Shown here in pieces: positions 29,150 to 37,150 of a stretch of DNA of 44,207 bases. The stretch's first letter is position 1. The number at the start of each line of letters is the position of its first letter. Origin of the DNA: an uncultured Atribacterota bacterium (GTDB lineage Bacteria > Atribacterota > Phoenicimicrobiia > Phoenicimicrobiales > Phoenicimicrobiaceae); the NCBI GenBank assembly GCA_964567215.1, contig CAZMLS010000002.1, positions 1 through 44,207 on the forward strand. The letters run 5' to 3'. The notes beneath the pieces were generated by a model. That model was not told the DNA's origin. It was given only the letters and a program-made list of their open reading frames with translations, and made no database searches. A program made the position numbers and the translations under genes.

Positions 29150-29420
29150 AGTTTGTTGAGTCGCATAAAACTCCAGACTCATGTCTGAAGCTGTAACGGC
29201 CGCCCAAAAGGGAACAAGCTCGTTTTTTGCTTGTAGCCAAAGATACCACGGCTGTTGCGGGGTATCTTCATATTTAAGAAATTAATATCAGTATAAACCA
29301 ATAAGTCAATGATGCTTAATGATGCTTAAGGTATTAACGCTTTATATTGAATGTAACGAACCGTCCTGGTGGTTTAGCAGGTCCAAAGTTCAGGCATGAA
29401 AGGCTTTGTGTAAGATAAGT
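29150..29420. other. G+C-richer hairpin-dense island of unknown nature (candidate structured RNA or mobile-element relic)
   Basis: Helices 29157-29181 (tgagtc/gactca), 29174-29187 (cagac/gtctg, mutually exclusive with the first), 29214-29234 (acaagc/gcttgt), 29240-29268 (aagatacc/ggtatctt, 8 bp) and 29384-29408 (caaag/ctttg). Tandem aatgatgctt x2 at 29308-29327. No long ORF. Confidence 0.3.
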
Positions 29421-29617
29421 AGTTATCAATGTTATCGGTTTAATTTTTCAGAATAAGATATCTTATATTTTTTAAGATAACATTTACCCCCAAAACCAAA
29501 CAAAATGGTAATATAGGGCACAGTGAATCGTGCCCACAGTAGAAATTAGGTAATAAATTGGTAAGAGCAAAATTCATTGTGCCTCTATAACATAATTATA
29601 ATCAAAAAAACATAATT

Positions 29618-29626
29618 TGCTATAAT
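29618..29626 (+). promoter_or_regulatory. Extended -10 promoter (TGcTATAAT) for rsmG
   Basis: tgctataat at 29618-29626, about 140 nt upstream of the rsmG start codon. Confidence 0.45.
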
Positions 29627-29766
29627 ATTATCTAGAATTTACAATAGATATAATCCCTTGAAAATATTTTGGTTTTTTTGGATAATAACCATAAGGTTGT
29701 AATAATAAATAATATGCTTATATGATAAAATAATTAGCTAAATATTAAATTAATAGGAGAAAATAT

Positions 29767-30519
29767 TTGCGAAAAGGGATAGAAAAAATCCTGATTGAAG
29801 GATCTGAATCATTGAGAGTTCACCTTGACAGTTTTCAGTTAGCATTATTTTTACAATATTTCGATATTTTATGTAAATGGAATTCAAAAATCAATTTAAC
29901 TTCCATAAGAACTCCAAAAGAAATTGTAGTAAAACATTTTTTGGATTCTCTAACCTGTGTAAAAATAATAAAAGCTTATATAAACAGTAGAGTCAATGAA
30001 AAAAAAGAGATTAGCATTATAGATGTTGGAACTGGTGCAGGTTTCCCGGGTATTCCTCTTAAAATAGTGATTCCATCATTAAAAATGACTTTGCTGGACG
30101 CAAAGGAAAAGAAAACAGATTTTCTAAAAGAGTTGGTTAAAAAACTTGATATTAGAGGCATTGAAATTATCAAAGAGAGAGCTGAAATTATTGGAAAAAA
30201 TAATGATTTTCGGGGAAGCTATGATATATCCATTTCAAGAGCCGTTGCCCCTTTATCTGTTTTAAGCGAATATTCCCTTCCTTTGGTAAAGAAAAATGGA
30301 TGGTTTATAGCACAAAAAGGAAGAAAATATGAAGAAGAATTAAAATGCAGTATGAATGTATTGGAGTTATTAGGGGGAGCTTTAGTTAAAATAGAAAATA
30401 TCAATTTACCTATATTAAAACAGGAGAGAAATATTATAGTTATACAAAAAATAAAAAGCACTCCTGATGAATATCCTCGAAGAGATGGTCTTCCGAAAAA
30501 AAGACCTTTGAATATTTAA
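29767..30519 (+). CDS. rsmG: 16S rRNA (guanine527-N7)-methyltransferase RsmG
   Basis: TTG start after AGGAGA. WNSKINLTSI, SAM-binding IDVGTGAGFPGIPLKI, ISRAVA. Confidence 0.95.
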   Translation: MRKGIEKILIEGSESLRVHLDSFQLALFLQYFDILCKWNSKINLTSIRTPKEIVVKHFLDSLTCVKIIKAYINSRVNEKKEISIIDVGTGAGFPGIPLKIVIPSLKMTLLDAKEKKTDFLKELVKKLDIRGIEIIKERAEIIGKNNDFRGSYDISISRAVAPLSVLSEYSLPLVKKNGWFIAQKGRKYEEELKCSMNVLELLGGALVKIENINLPILKQERNIIVIQKIKSTPDEYPRRDGLPKKRPLNI

Positions 30520-30660
30520 TCTATTTTTGTTAAAATATAAATATTATTGAATCAATTGACTTATTCGAGTTTGCTTTTTTACTTTAAATCTAAAAAATAT
30601 GTGGTAAAGTGATAAAATATTTCATTGATTTTTTACCTTTTTATAATATTAATTCATAAA

Positions 30661-30676
30661 TGTTCCACGTGGAACA
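30661..30676. promoter_or_regulatory. parS site 2 (TGTTCCACGTGGAACA)
   Basis: Identical to site 1. The identity extends over 26 nt (30658-30683 = 28620-28645). Lies 77 nt upstream of parA. Confidence 0.85.
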
Positions 30677-30752
30677 TTTATAATAAGAACAAACGTTTCA
30701 TTATTCATATTTTAAGTTTTTACTTTTAAGAGTATTTATTTGGAGAATACAT

Positions 30753-31514
30753 ATGGCTAAAGTAATAGCAATTACTAATCAAAAAGGAGGTGTAGGGAAA
30801 ACAACCACTGCGGTAAATTTAAGCACCTGCATAGCTTTGTGCAAAAAAAAGGTATTGTTAATCGACATTGACCCCCAGGGAAATGCCAGTAGCGGAATGG
30901 GATTGGATAAATCAAAGATTGAAAGATGTATTTACGATGTATTGATTAATAATGTCTTAATAAAAGAAATAATTTTACCAAGCATCGTAAAAAATTTATA
31001 TGTTTTACCTTCCACTATACAATTAGCCGGAGCGGAAATTGAATTAGTGAATTATATTTCCCGGGAAAACAAGTTGAAACACGCCATTAATAGGGTAAAA
31101 AATGATTATGATTACATTATTATTGATTGCCCGCCTTCCCTTGGCCTTTTAACGTTAAATTCTCTAACTGCTGCTGATTCGGTTATTATTCCAATACAGT
31201 GTGAATACTATGCTTTGGAGGGTATTGGTCAATTATTAAATACTATCAATCTCGTTAGGGGAAATTTAAATTCCACTTTAGAAATTGATGGAATTTTACT
31301 TACCATGTATGATAATAGAACAAACTTATCCCGGGATGTGATAAAAGAGGTAAAAAATTTTTTTACCGGAAAAATATTTAATTCAATTATTCCCCGAAAT
31401 GTTCGGGTTAGCGAAGCCCCGAGTTATGGAAAACCTATCGCTCTATATGATAAGAAATCAAAAGGGGCGGTAGCTTACAAAAAATTAGCACAAGAGGTGA
31501 TATTAAATGGTTAA
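30753..31514 (+). CDS. parA: ParA/Soj chromosome partitioning ATPase
   Basis: Deviant Walker A NQKGGVGKTTTAVNL and IIIDCPPSLG motifs. Overlaps parB by 8 nt. Confidence 0.97.
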   Translation: MAKVIAITNQKGGVGKTTTAVNLSTCIALCKKKVLLIDIDPQGNASSGMGLDKSKIERCIYDVLINNVLIKEIILPSIVKNLYVLPSTIQLAGAEIELVNYISRENKLKHAINRVKNDYDYIIIDCPPSLGLLTLNSLTAADSVIIPIQCEYYALEGIGQLLNTINLVRGNLNSTLEIDGILLTMYDNRTNLSRDVIKEVKNFFTGKIFNSIIPRNVRVSEAPSYGKPIALYDKKSKGAVAYKKLAQEVILNG

Positions 31515-32352
31515 AAGAGGATTAGGAAAAGGACTGGAAGCTCTTATCCCAAAAATTGAACCAAAAGATAGAGATTTTATCAATGAAATAGAAGTGAAAA
31601 AAATATTCCCAAACCTGTTTCAACCACGTAAAAACTTTGACTCTGAAAAACTAGAAGATCTGAAAGAATCGATTAAAAAACATGGCATCATTCAACCAAT
31701 TGTCGTAAGAAAAGCGGGAGATGGATATGAATTAGTTGTCGGAGAAAGAAGATTAAGGGCGGTTAAAGAACTTAAAATAAAAAAGATTCCAGTTGTTATA
31801 AAAAATTTTAATAATGAAAAAAGTTTAGAAATAGCACTAGTCGAGAATATCCAAAGGGAAGATCTTAACCTTATTGACCAGGCCAACGGTTTTAAAAGAT
31901 TAATGGATGAATTTAACCTTACCCAGCAGGAACTTGCCGAAGTAACTGCAAAAAGTAGAACCTTGGTCAGCAATACCATCAGGTTGCTAAAATTAAATGA
32001 AAAAATCCAAAAAGATATTTCGGAAGGTAGAATTTCCTTTGGTCATGCCAAATTATTATTAGGGATTGAAGATGAAGAATTGCAAGGTTTAGTATGTGAT
32101 AAAATCATTAACCATAATCTTTCCGTAAGAGAAACAGAAAATTTAATTAAAAATATTACTAAAAAACCCAGGAAAAAATTTAAAGTAAAAAATTTAACGA
32201 TAGAAAATTTTCCCGAAGCAGAGGAGCAACTAAGAAATATCCTGGGCACTAAAATAAAAATAAACTATAATGGAAAAAAAGGACAAATAGCCATTGATTT
32301 TTACAGCAAAGAAGATTTGATAAGAATTATCGAATTATTAAAAAAGATATGA
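31507..32352 (+). CDS. parB: ParB/Spo0J partition protein
   Basis: RGLGKGLEALI, QPRK, IQPIVVR and GERRLRA (ParB box) motifs, plus an HTH LTQQELAEVTAKSRTLVSNTIRLL. Confidence 0.97.
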   Translation: MVKRGLGKGLEALIPKIEPKDRDFINEIEVKKIFPNLFQPRKNFDSEKLEDLKESIKKHGIIQPIVVRKAGDGYELVVGERRLRAVKELKIKKIPVVIKNFNNEKSLEIALVENIQREDLNLIDQANGFKRLMDEFNLTQQELAEVTAKSRTLVSNTIRLLKLNEKIQKDISEGRISFGHAKLLLGIEDEELQGLVCDKIINHNLSVRETENLIKNITKKPRKKFKVKNLTIENFPEAEEQLRNILGTKIKINYNGKKGQIAIDFYSKEDLIRIIELLKKI

Positions 32353-32415
32353 CAAACAAATGTTTTCAGAGATAAATTTTTGATATTAAATATAACAAGA
32401 AAGGATATCAACCGG

Positions 32416-32991
32416 ATGAATAAAAAAAGATTTGATAGTATAATTTTTATTTTGTTTATTGGATTAATAATATTAATTTCTCTGGCAGTTTTTTTTATTT
32501 CTTTAAAACCAGTACCTTTAAAAGTATTAACAGAAGCAATTAATAATGGTTTTTATACACTTTATAATAGCATTCTAAACCAGATTATGTTGGGCTTAAT
32601 GGCATTTTTACTATTTTCCCTGGCGATCTATTTAATCCAAAGAAAGAATCGGCTTAATACCTTGAACTTATCCGTAACTCAAAAAACTTCCTTTGGAGAA
32701 GTGAAAATATCCCTGAATTCATTAAAGCATCTAATCCTTAAAGTGCTTAAAAAAATAGAAAAAATAAAAGAATCAAAATCCTCCATAAATATTCTGAGAA
32801 CGGGAGGAATTAATATTGATGTACATCTTGTTCTAAAAGAGGATGTAAATATTCCGGAAATTTCAGAAAAAATACAAAAAGAATTAAAAGACTATTTACT
32901 GGAAACGACCGGGATAGAAGTTAAAGAAATCAAGATATATATAGATAAAGTATTTTATGAAAATCGGGAAGTACAAGAAAAGAGTCAATGA
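32416..32991 (+). CDS. AmaP-like alkaline-shock membrane anchor protein (probable)
   Basis: Start moved to ATG 32416. Two N-terminal TM segments, then a soluble domain. Lies immediately upstream of an Asp23 gene, as in amaP-asp23 operons. The family call is by context and architecture only. Confidence 0.6.
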   Translation: MNKKRFDSIIFILFIGLIILISLAVFFISLKPVPLKVLTEAINNGFYTLYNSILNQIMLGLMAFLLFSLAIYLIQRKNRLNTLNLSVTQKTSFGEVKISLNSLKHLILKVLKKIEKIKESKSSINILRTGGINIDVHLVLKEDVNIPEISEKIQKELKDYLLETTGIEVKEIKIYIDKVFYENREVQEKSQ

Positions 32992-33032
32992 TAAAAAATC
33001 TATTCAAATTATAAGAAAGGCGGTGGCTAATT

Positions 33033-33443
33033 ATGCCGGAAAATAAATCAGCTGAAAAAAAGATGAAAGAATCGGGGAAAATAACTGTTTCTAAAGAAGT
33101 AGTTGCTACTATAGCTGCTTTGGAAACCATGAAGAATAAGGGTGTTGTAGGAATAGCGAGCGGGTATAAAGGAAAATCTGTTAATATTTTGCCTAAAAAT
33201 GATTTTGCTAAAGGGGTAGAGGTATGGATGAGTTCGGGGGAAGCAACCGTTACCATTTCAATAATAACCCATTATGAAGCGGGCATTTATAAAGTAGCCA
33301 CTGAAGTTCAAAAAAAGGTGAAAGATTCTCTCCAATCTATGACCGGCTTAAAGGTGTTAAAAGTCAACATAAATGTTTTGGGAGTAAAATTTAAGGAAAA
33401 AGAAAAAAAACCGGTAATAAAAATAGAAAAACCTGAAAAATAG
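33033..33443 (+). CDS. Asp23/Gls24 family envelope stress protein
   Basis: ITVSKEVVATIAALETMKNKGVVGI and the VNINVLGV pattern typical of Asp23. Confidence 0.88.
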   Translation: MPENKSAEKKMKESGKITVSKEVVATIAALETMKNKGVVGIASGYKGKSVNILPKNDFAKGVEVWMSSGEATVTISIITHYEAGIYKVATEVQKKVKDSLQSMTGLKVLKVNINVLGVKFKEKEKKPVIKIEKPEK

Positions 33444-33457
33444 ATTGGTGAATTTAA

Positions 33458-34678
33458 GTGACAGAGATTTTAAAATTAATATTAGTCATTGCAGTCATTG
33501 TTTTTTTAATTAGAAAAAAATGGAAACTAGGATATATTATGCTTTTGGCCTCCCTGTTATTGGGAGTTGCATTTGGAGTAAATCCGAAAGAAATAGGAAA
33601 AAACTTTTTACTTGGTTTAATTGATCCTGCAACTTTAAATTTAATAGGTATTATTATTGGAGTATATTTTTTAAGCAGCATATTAAGGAGAATTAAATCT
33701 TTTGATGATTTAGTGAACTCGCTTCAGCAATTAATAAAAGATTATCGCTTGATTTTAGCATTTATACCTGCTTTATTAGGAATGATTCCTATGCCTGCAG
33801 GCGCAATGTTTTCAGCACCGATGGTGAAAGCAATTGGAGAGAAAGCAAATCTAACTCCAGAAGAAATAACTTTTGTAAACTATTGGTTTCGACATGTATG
33901 GGAATTTGTGTTACCGATACTTCCTGGTATGATATTGTTCGCTGGAATATTAGACGTTCCTTTTCGAAATATTTTTTTAGTTCAATTTCCATTAACCGTC
34001 ATAGCAATCATTGTTGGCTTGGCATGGGAATATAAATATTTAAGCAAGAACGATGTCAGTTCATTCAATAAAAAAAACCTGTTTTTTAACATAAAAAAAT
34101 TGTTTTTATCTATTTGGTCAATTCTAGCAGTAATTATTCTAGTTATTATTGTAAAGATTGATGTTCTATTTTCTTTAATATTTGTTATTTTTATTTTATT
34201 TATGACAAATTATAAAAAATTAGGCTTGCATGCTATTCACAAAATTATACGCAACGATATTGACCTAAATGTCATTATTCTCATTGCGTCAATTATGATT
34301 TTTCAAAGAATGCTTCAAGTTTCCGGGGCAGCAGAGATTATCCCTAAAACGTTTATGGAATTAGGAGTTCATCCTTTTATCATCTTATTTTTTATTCCGT
34401 TTTTTCTTGCTATGATTACCGGGCTAACTCCTGCAGCAATTGGACTGGGAATACCAATTTTATTGCCAATAATCATGCCCGGAGAGATCAACTATTACTA
34501 TGCCATGTTTGCATATAGCGCTGTTTTTACAGGTGCAATGCTTTCACCAATGCATCTTTGTCTGGTGGTTACCAGGAATTATTTTAAATCAGACTTAAAT
34601 AAAATCTACAAGATGTTAATTTTTCCACTATCTGCTATTGTATTAAGTGCATTTATCTTGTTACTATTAAAAGGTTAA
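33458..34678 (+). CDS. Polytopic membrane protein (DUF401-like putative transporter)
   Basis: 406 aa, about 10-12 TM helices, GTG start. The family name is from memory of similar architectures and is not verified. Confidence 0.55.
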   Translation: MTEILKLILVIAVIVFLIRKKWKLGYIMLLASLLLGVAFGVNPKEIGKNFLLGLIDPATLNLIGIIIGVYFLSSILRRIKSFDDLVNSLQQLIKDYRLILAFIPALLGMIPMPAGAMFSAPMVKAIGEKANLTPEEITFVNYWFRHVWEFVLPILPGMILFAGILDVPFRNIFLVQFPLTVIAIIVGLAWEYKYLSKNDVSSFNKKNLFFNIKKLFLSIWSILAVIILVIIVKIDVLFSLIFVIFILFMTNYKKLGLHAIHKIIRNDIDLNVIILIASIMIFQRMLQVSGAAEIIPKTFMELGVHPFIILFFIPFFLAMITGLTPAAIGLGIPILLPIIMPGEINYYYAMFAYSAVFTGAMLSPMHLCLVVTRNYFKSDLNKIYKMLIFPLSAIVLSAFILLLLKG

Positions 34679-34711
34679 AAGAAAAAAGAGCAAATTCAAG
34701 GGGATAAAAAG

Positions 34712-35515
34712 ATGCAAAAATCTCTCAAAGAAATTGAAATTGAAAATAAAATATCTGATATGTTGACAGGAAAAGCAACTTTGGTTGCATCCATTGTTTT
34801 CGATGATGAGGAAATACAGTCTTTACAGGATTACGCTAATGTAGTTTCCATAAAAAGATTGGGTTACAATGATCACGGTCCTGTACATATGAAGACCGCC
34901 GCTTTAAATTCCATCATCATGTTTGATCTGCTGCATAATGCAGGAATTAAATTTAATTTAGAGAAAGAAAGAATCGGTAGCGTGGAAGAAAGCAAAATAG
35001 CTGTATTGCTATCTTCTTTATTACACGATATTGGTATGTCAGTAAGCCGGGATAATCATGAAATGCTTGGTGTAATGTTAGCCATTCCTATTATTAATAG
35101 AATTCTTTCCGAAATATATCCGAATGATATCAAAAAGACAACAATTATTCGGTCCTTAATTGTTGAAGGAATTTCGGGACATATGGCAAATCAGAGTATC
35201 CATTCCCTGGAAGCAGGACTGGTTTTAATAGGAGACGGATGTGATATGGCAAAAGGAAGAGCAAGAATTACTTCCTTGTTAACCCGTGCACCCCATGTGG
35301 GCGATATTCATAAATATTCTGCTAATTCTATTAAAGAAGTGAAAATTGTTCAAGGGGAAGAAAAACCAATTAGAATAGTAATAGAAATGACCGAATCGGT
35401 GGGATTTTTCCAGATAGAAGAGGTTCTTTTTCCTAAAATTATCTCAAATCCCATAAAACCTTATATTGAACTTTATGGAAATGTAAACGGAGAAAATTTT
35501 AAAAGATATTTATAA
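34712..35515 (+). CDS. HD-domain phosphohydrolase
   Basis: HGPVH...LLHDIGMSVSRDNHE metal-binding HD signature. Confidence 0.8.
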   Translation: MQKSLKEIEIENKISDMLTGKATLVASIVFDDEEIQSLQDYANVVSIKRLGYNDHGPVHMKTAALNSIIMFDLLHNAGIKFNLEKERIGSVEESKIAVLLSSLLHDIGMSVSRDNHEMLGVMLAIPIINRILSEIYPNDIKKTTIIRSLIVEGISGHMANQSIHSLEAGLVLIGDGCDMAKGRARITSLLTRAPHVGDIHKYSANSIKEVKIVQGEEKPIRIVIEMTESVGFFQIEEVLFPKIISNPIKPYIELYGNVNGENFKRYL

Positions 35516-35643
35516 TTAAGCATTAAAGATATAGTAGAAAGAATGCCCCTCAAAAAAATAAATCTAAAATCTTGGATTGAATCATAGATAAGTCGAAAAA
35601 AATACAACAAAGAACAGTTTTTTGCTGTTGCAGCAGGATTATT

Positions 35644-37134
35644 ATGAAAAAAAATATCTTTTACCATAGCACCAGGGGAAACAAAGAAAAAAAGTTATCT
35701 TCAGAAGCTATAGTTTATGGAATTGCAGACGATGGTGGACTTTTCATTCCGACGGAAATACCAAAAATAAAGATGGATTATAATCAATTAAAAGAACTTG
35801 ATTATAATGAGTTAGCTTACCGAATTATGAGCAAATACTTAACAGATTTTTCGGAAGCCGAGCTAAAGTACTGTATTGAAAAAGCTTATAATGAAAAATT
35901 TGATACCAATATTATTGCACCTCTTGAAAAAAAGACGGGAGTGTATTTTTTAGAACTTTTCCATGGGCCTACTTTAGCCTTCAAGGATATGGCCCTTTCT
36001 ATTCTCCCCCATCTATTACAGATTGCTTTAGAAAAGTTAAATCTGAATAAGGAGATGGTCATTCTCACCGCAACTTCCGGTGATACCGGAAAAGCCGCTT
36101 TGGAGGGATTTGCGAATGTCCCGGGAACTAAAATCATTGTTTTTTTCCCTCAGGAAGGGGTAAGCGAGATACAAAAAAGACAAATGTTGACCCAAAAAGG
36201 TGAAAATACGCACGTAATCGGTATTAGCGGAAATTTTGATGATGCCCAAAGAGGAGTAAAAGAAATATTTGAAAATCAGATATTTAAGGATAAAGTTAAG
36301 AAAAGAAATATGATCTTATCTTCCGCAAATTCCATTAATATAGGGCGTCTGGTTCCCCAGATTGTGTATTATTTTTATGCATATTTAAAAATATTAAAGG
36401 AAAATGATATAAAAGCAGGGGAAAAAATAAATATCGTTGTTCCTACCGGTAATTTCGGGAATATTTTAGCTGCTTATTATGCTAGAGAGATGGGCTTACC
36501 CGTTAATAAGCTTATTTGCGCTTCTAATGACAATAGAGTATTGACTGATTTTTTCAAAAGCGGAATATATGATCGACGAAGAGAATTAATAATGACAATT
36601 TCTCCCTCAATGGATATTTTAATATCAAGCAACTTAGAAAGATTATTATTAATTGCATGCCATGGAAAAGCCGATCAAGTCAATAAAATACTAAATGATT
36701 TAAGCGAGAAGGGATTCTATAAGATTAGCCCGGATATGAAGAAAGAATTTAACGGTTTTTATGGAGAATATGCGATTCAAGAAGAAGCTATTCAGTGTAT
36801 TAGAGAAGTATTTGAAAGGTCGGAATATTTAATGGACCCTCATACAGCAGTAGGGCATGCAGTTTATAAAAAATATTTATCAGAAACCAAAGATAGAACA
36901 AAAACAGTTATCGTTGCTACTGCGAGTCCTTTTAAATTTACCAAAAGTGTTATGGGGGCGATTGATGAAAAATATAAGAAATTTGATGATTTTGAATTAA
37001 TAGAAAAGATGGCAGATTTATTGCAAAATTCTATACCTATGGGAATAAAAGACATCAAGAAAAAATCCATTTTACATAAAGCTGTTTGCAATAAAGGAAA
37101 AATGAAGGAAAAATTGGCAGAAATACTGTTTTAA
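35644..37134 (+). CDS. thrC: Threonine synthase (long form)
   Basis: YHSTRG N-terminus, PLP-lysine motif FHGPTLAFKDMAL, TSGDTGKAA and PTGNFGNILA. Confidence 0.95.
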   Translation: MKKNIFYHSTRGNKEKKLSSEAIVYGIADDGGLFIPTEIPKIKMDYNQLKELDYNELAYRIMSKYLTDFSEAELKYCIEKAYNEKFDTNIIAPLEKKTGVYFLELFHGPTLAFKDMALSILPHLLQIALEKLNLNKEMVILTATSGDTGKAALEGFANVPGTKIIVFFPQEGVSEIQKRQMLTQKGENTHVIGISGNFDDAQRGVKEIFENQIFKDKVKKRNMILSSANSINIGRLVPQIVYYFYAYLKILKENDIKAGEKINIVVPTGNFGNILAAYYAREMGLPVNKLICASNDNRVLTDFFKSGIYDRRRELIMTISPSMDILISSNLERLLLIACHGKADQVNKILNDLSEKGFYKISPDMKKEFNGFYGEYAIQEEAIQCIREVFERSEYLMDPHTAVGHAVYKKYLSETKDRTKTVIVATASPFKFTKSVMGAIDEKYKKFDDFELIEKMADLLQNSIPMGIKDIKKKSILHKAVCNKGKMKEKLAEILF

Positions 37135-37150
37135 CAAAAGGAGAAAATAT

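Noticed and set aside
29179-29271. 30-codon minus-strand ORF MKIPRNSRGIFGYKQKTSLFPFGRPLQLQT
   Set aside because: It has no Shine-Dalgarno sequence and no promoter, and it overlaps the hairpin-rich core. It is kept only as a note inside the island finding.
29150-29420. Known housekeeping RNA (RNase P RNA, tmRNA, SRP/4.5S RNA, 6S RNA) or tRNA
   Set aside because: It lacks GGAAAGUCCGG (RNase P), a tRNA-like acceptor/UCCACCA end and tag ORF (tmRNA), and the GGAA-tetraloop helix 8 with AGCA loop (SRP). Only CAGGUCC is shared with SRP. It has no 5'/3' end complementarity (6S) and no GTTCRANYC T-loop.
28615-29766. mnmG pseudogene remnant
   Set aside because: I translated the G+C-richer core in all three plus frames and one minus frame. 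I saw frequent stops and nothing resembling MnmG motifs such as GGGHAG or the FAD fold. This was a by-eye check only; a tblastn with MnmG would be definitive.
30598-30608. Additional DnaA box (TGTGGTAAA) upstream of parA
   Set aside because: It has two mismatches to either TTATCCACA or the local TTTTCCACA/TTGTCCACA types, and it is isolated.
32930-33256. 108-aa minus-strand ORF
   Set aside because: It is antisense to the AmaP-like and Asp23 genes. The many other track ORFs that lie antisense inside gyrA, gyrB, asd, the aspartate kinase gene, thrB, hom, thrC, parB, pgsB, the permease and the 33458 membrane gene are rejected for the same reason.
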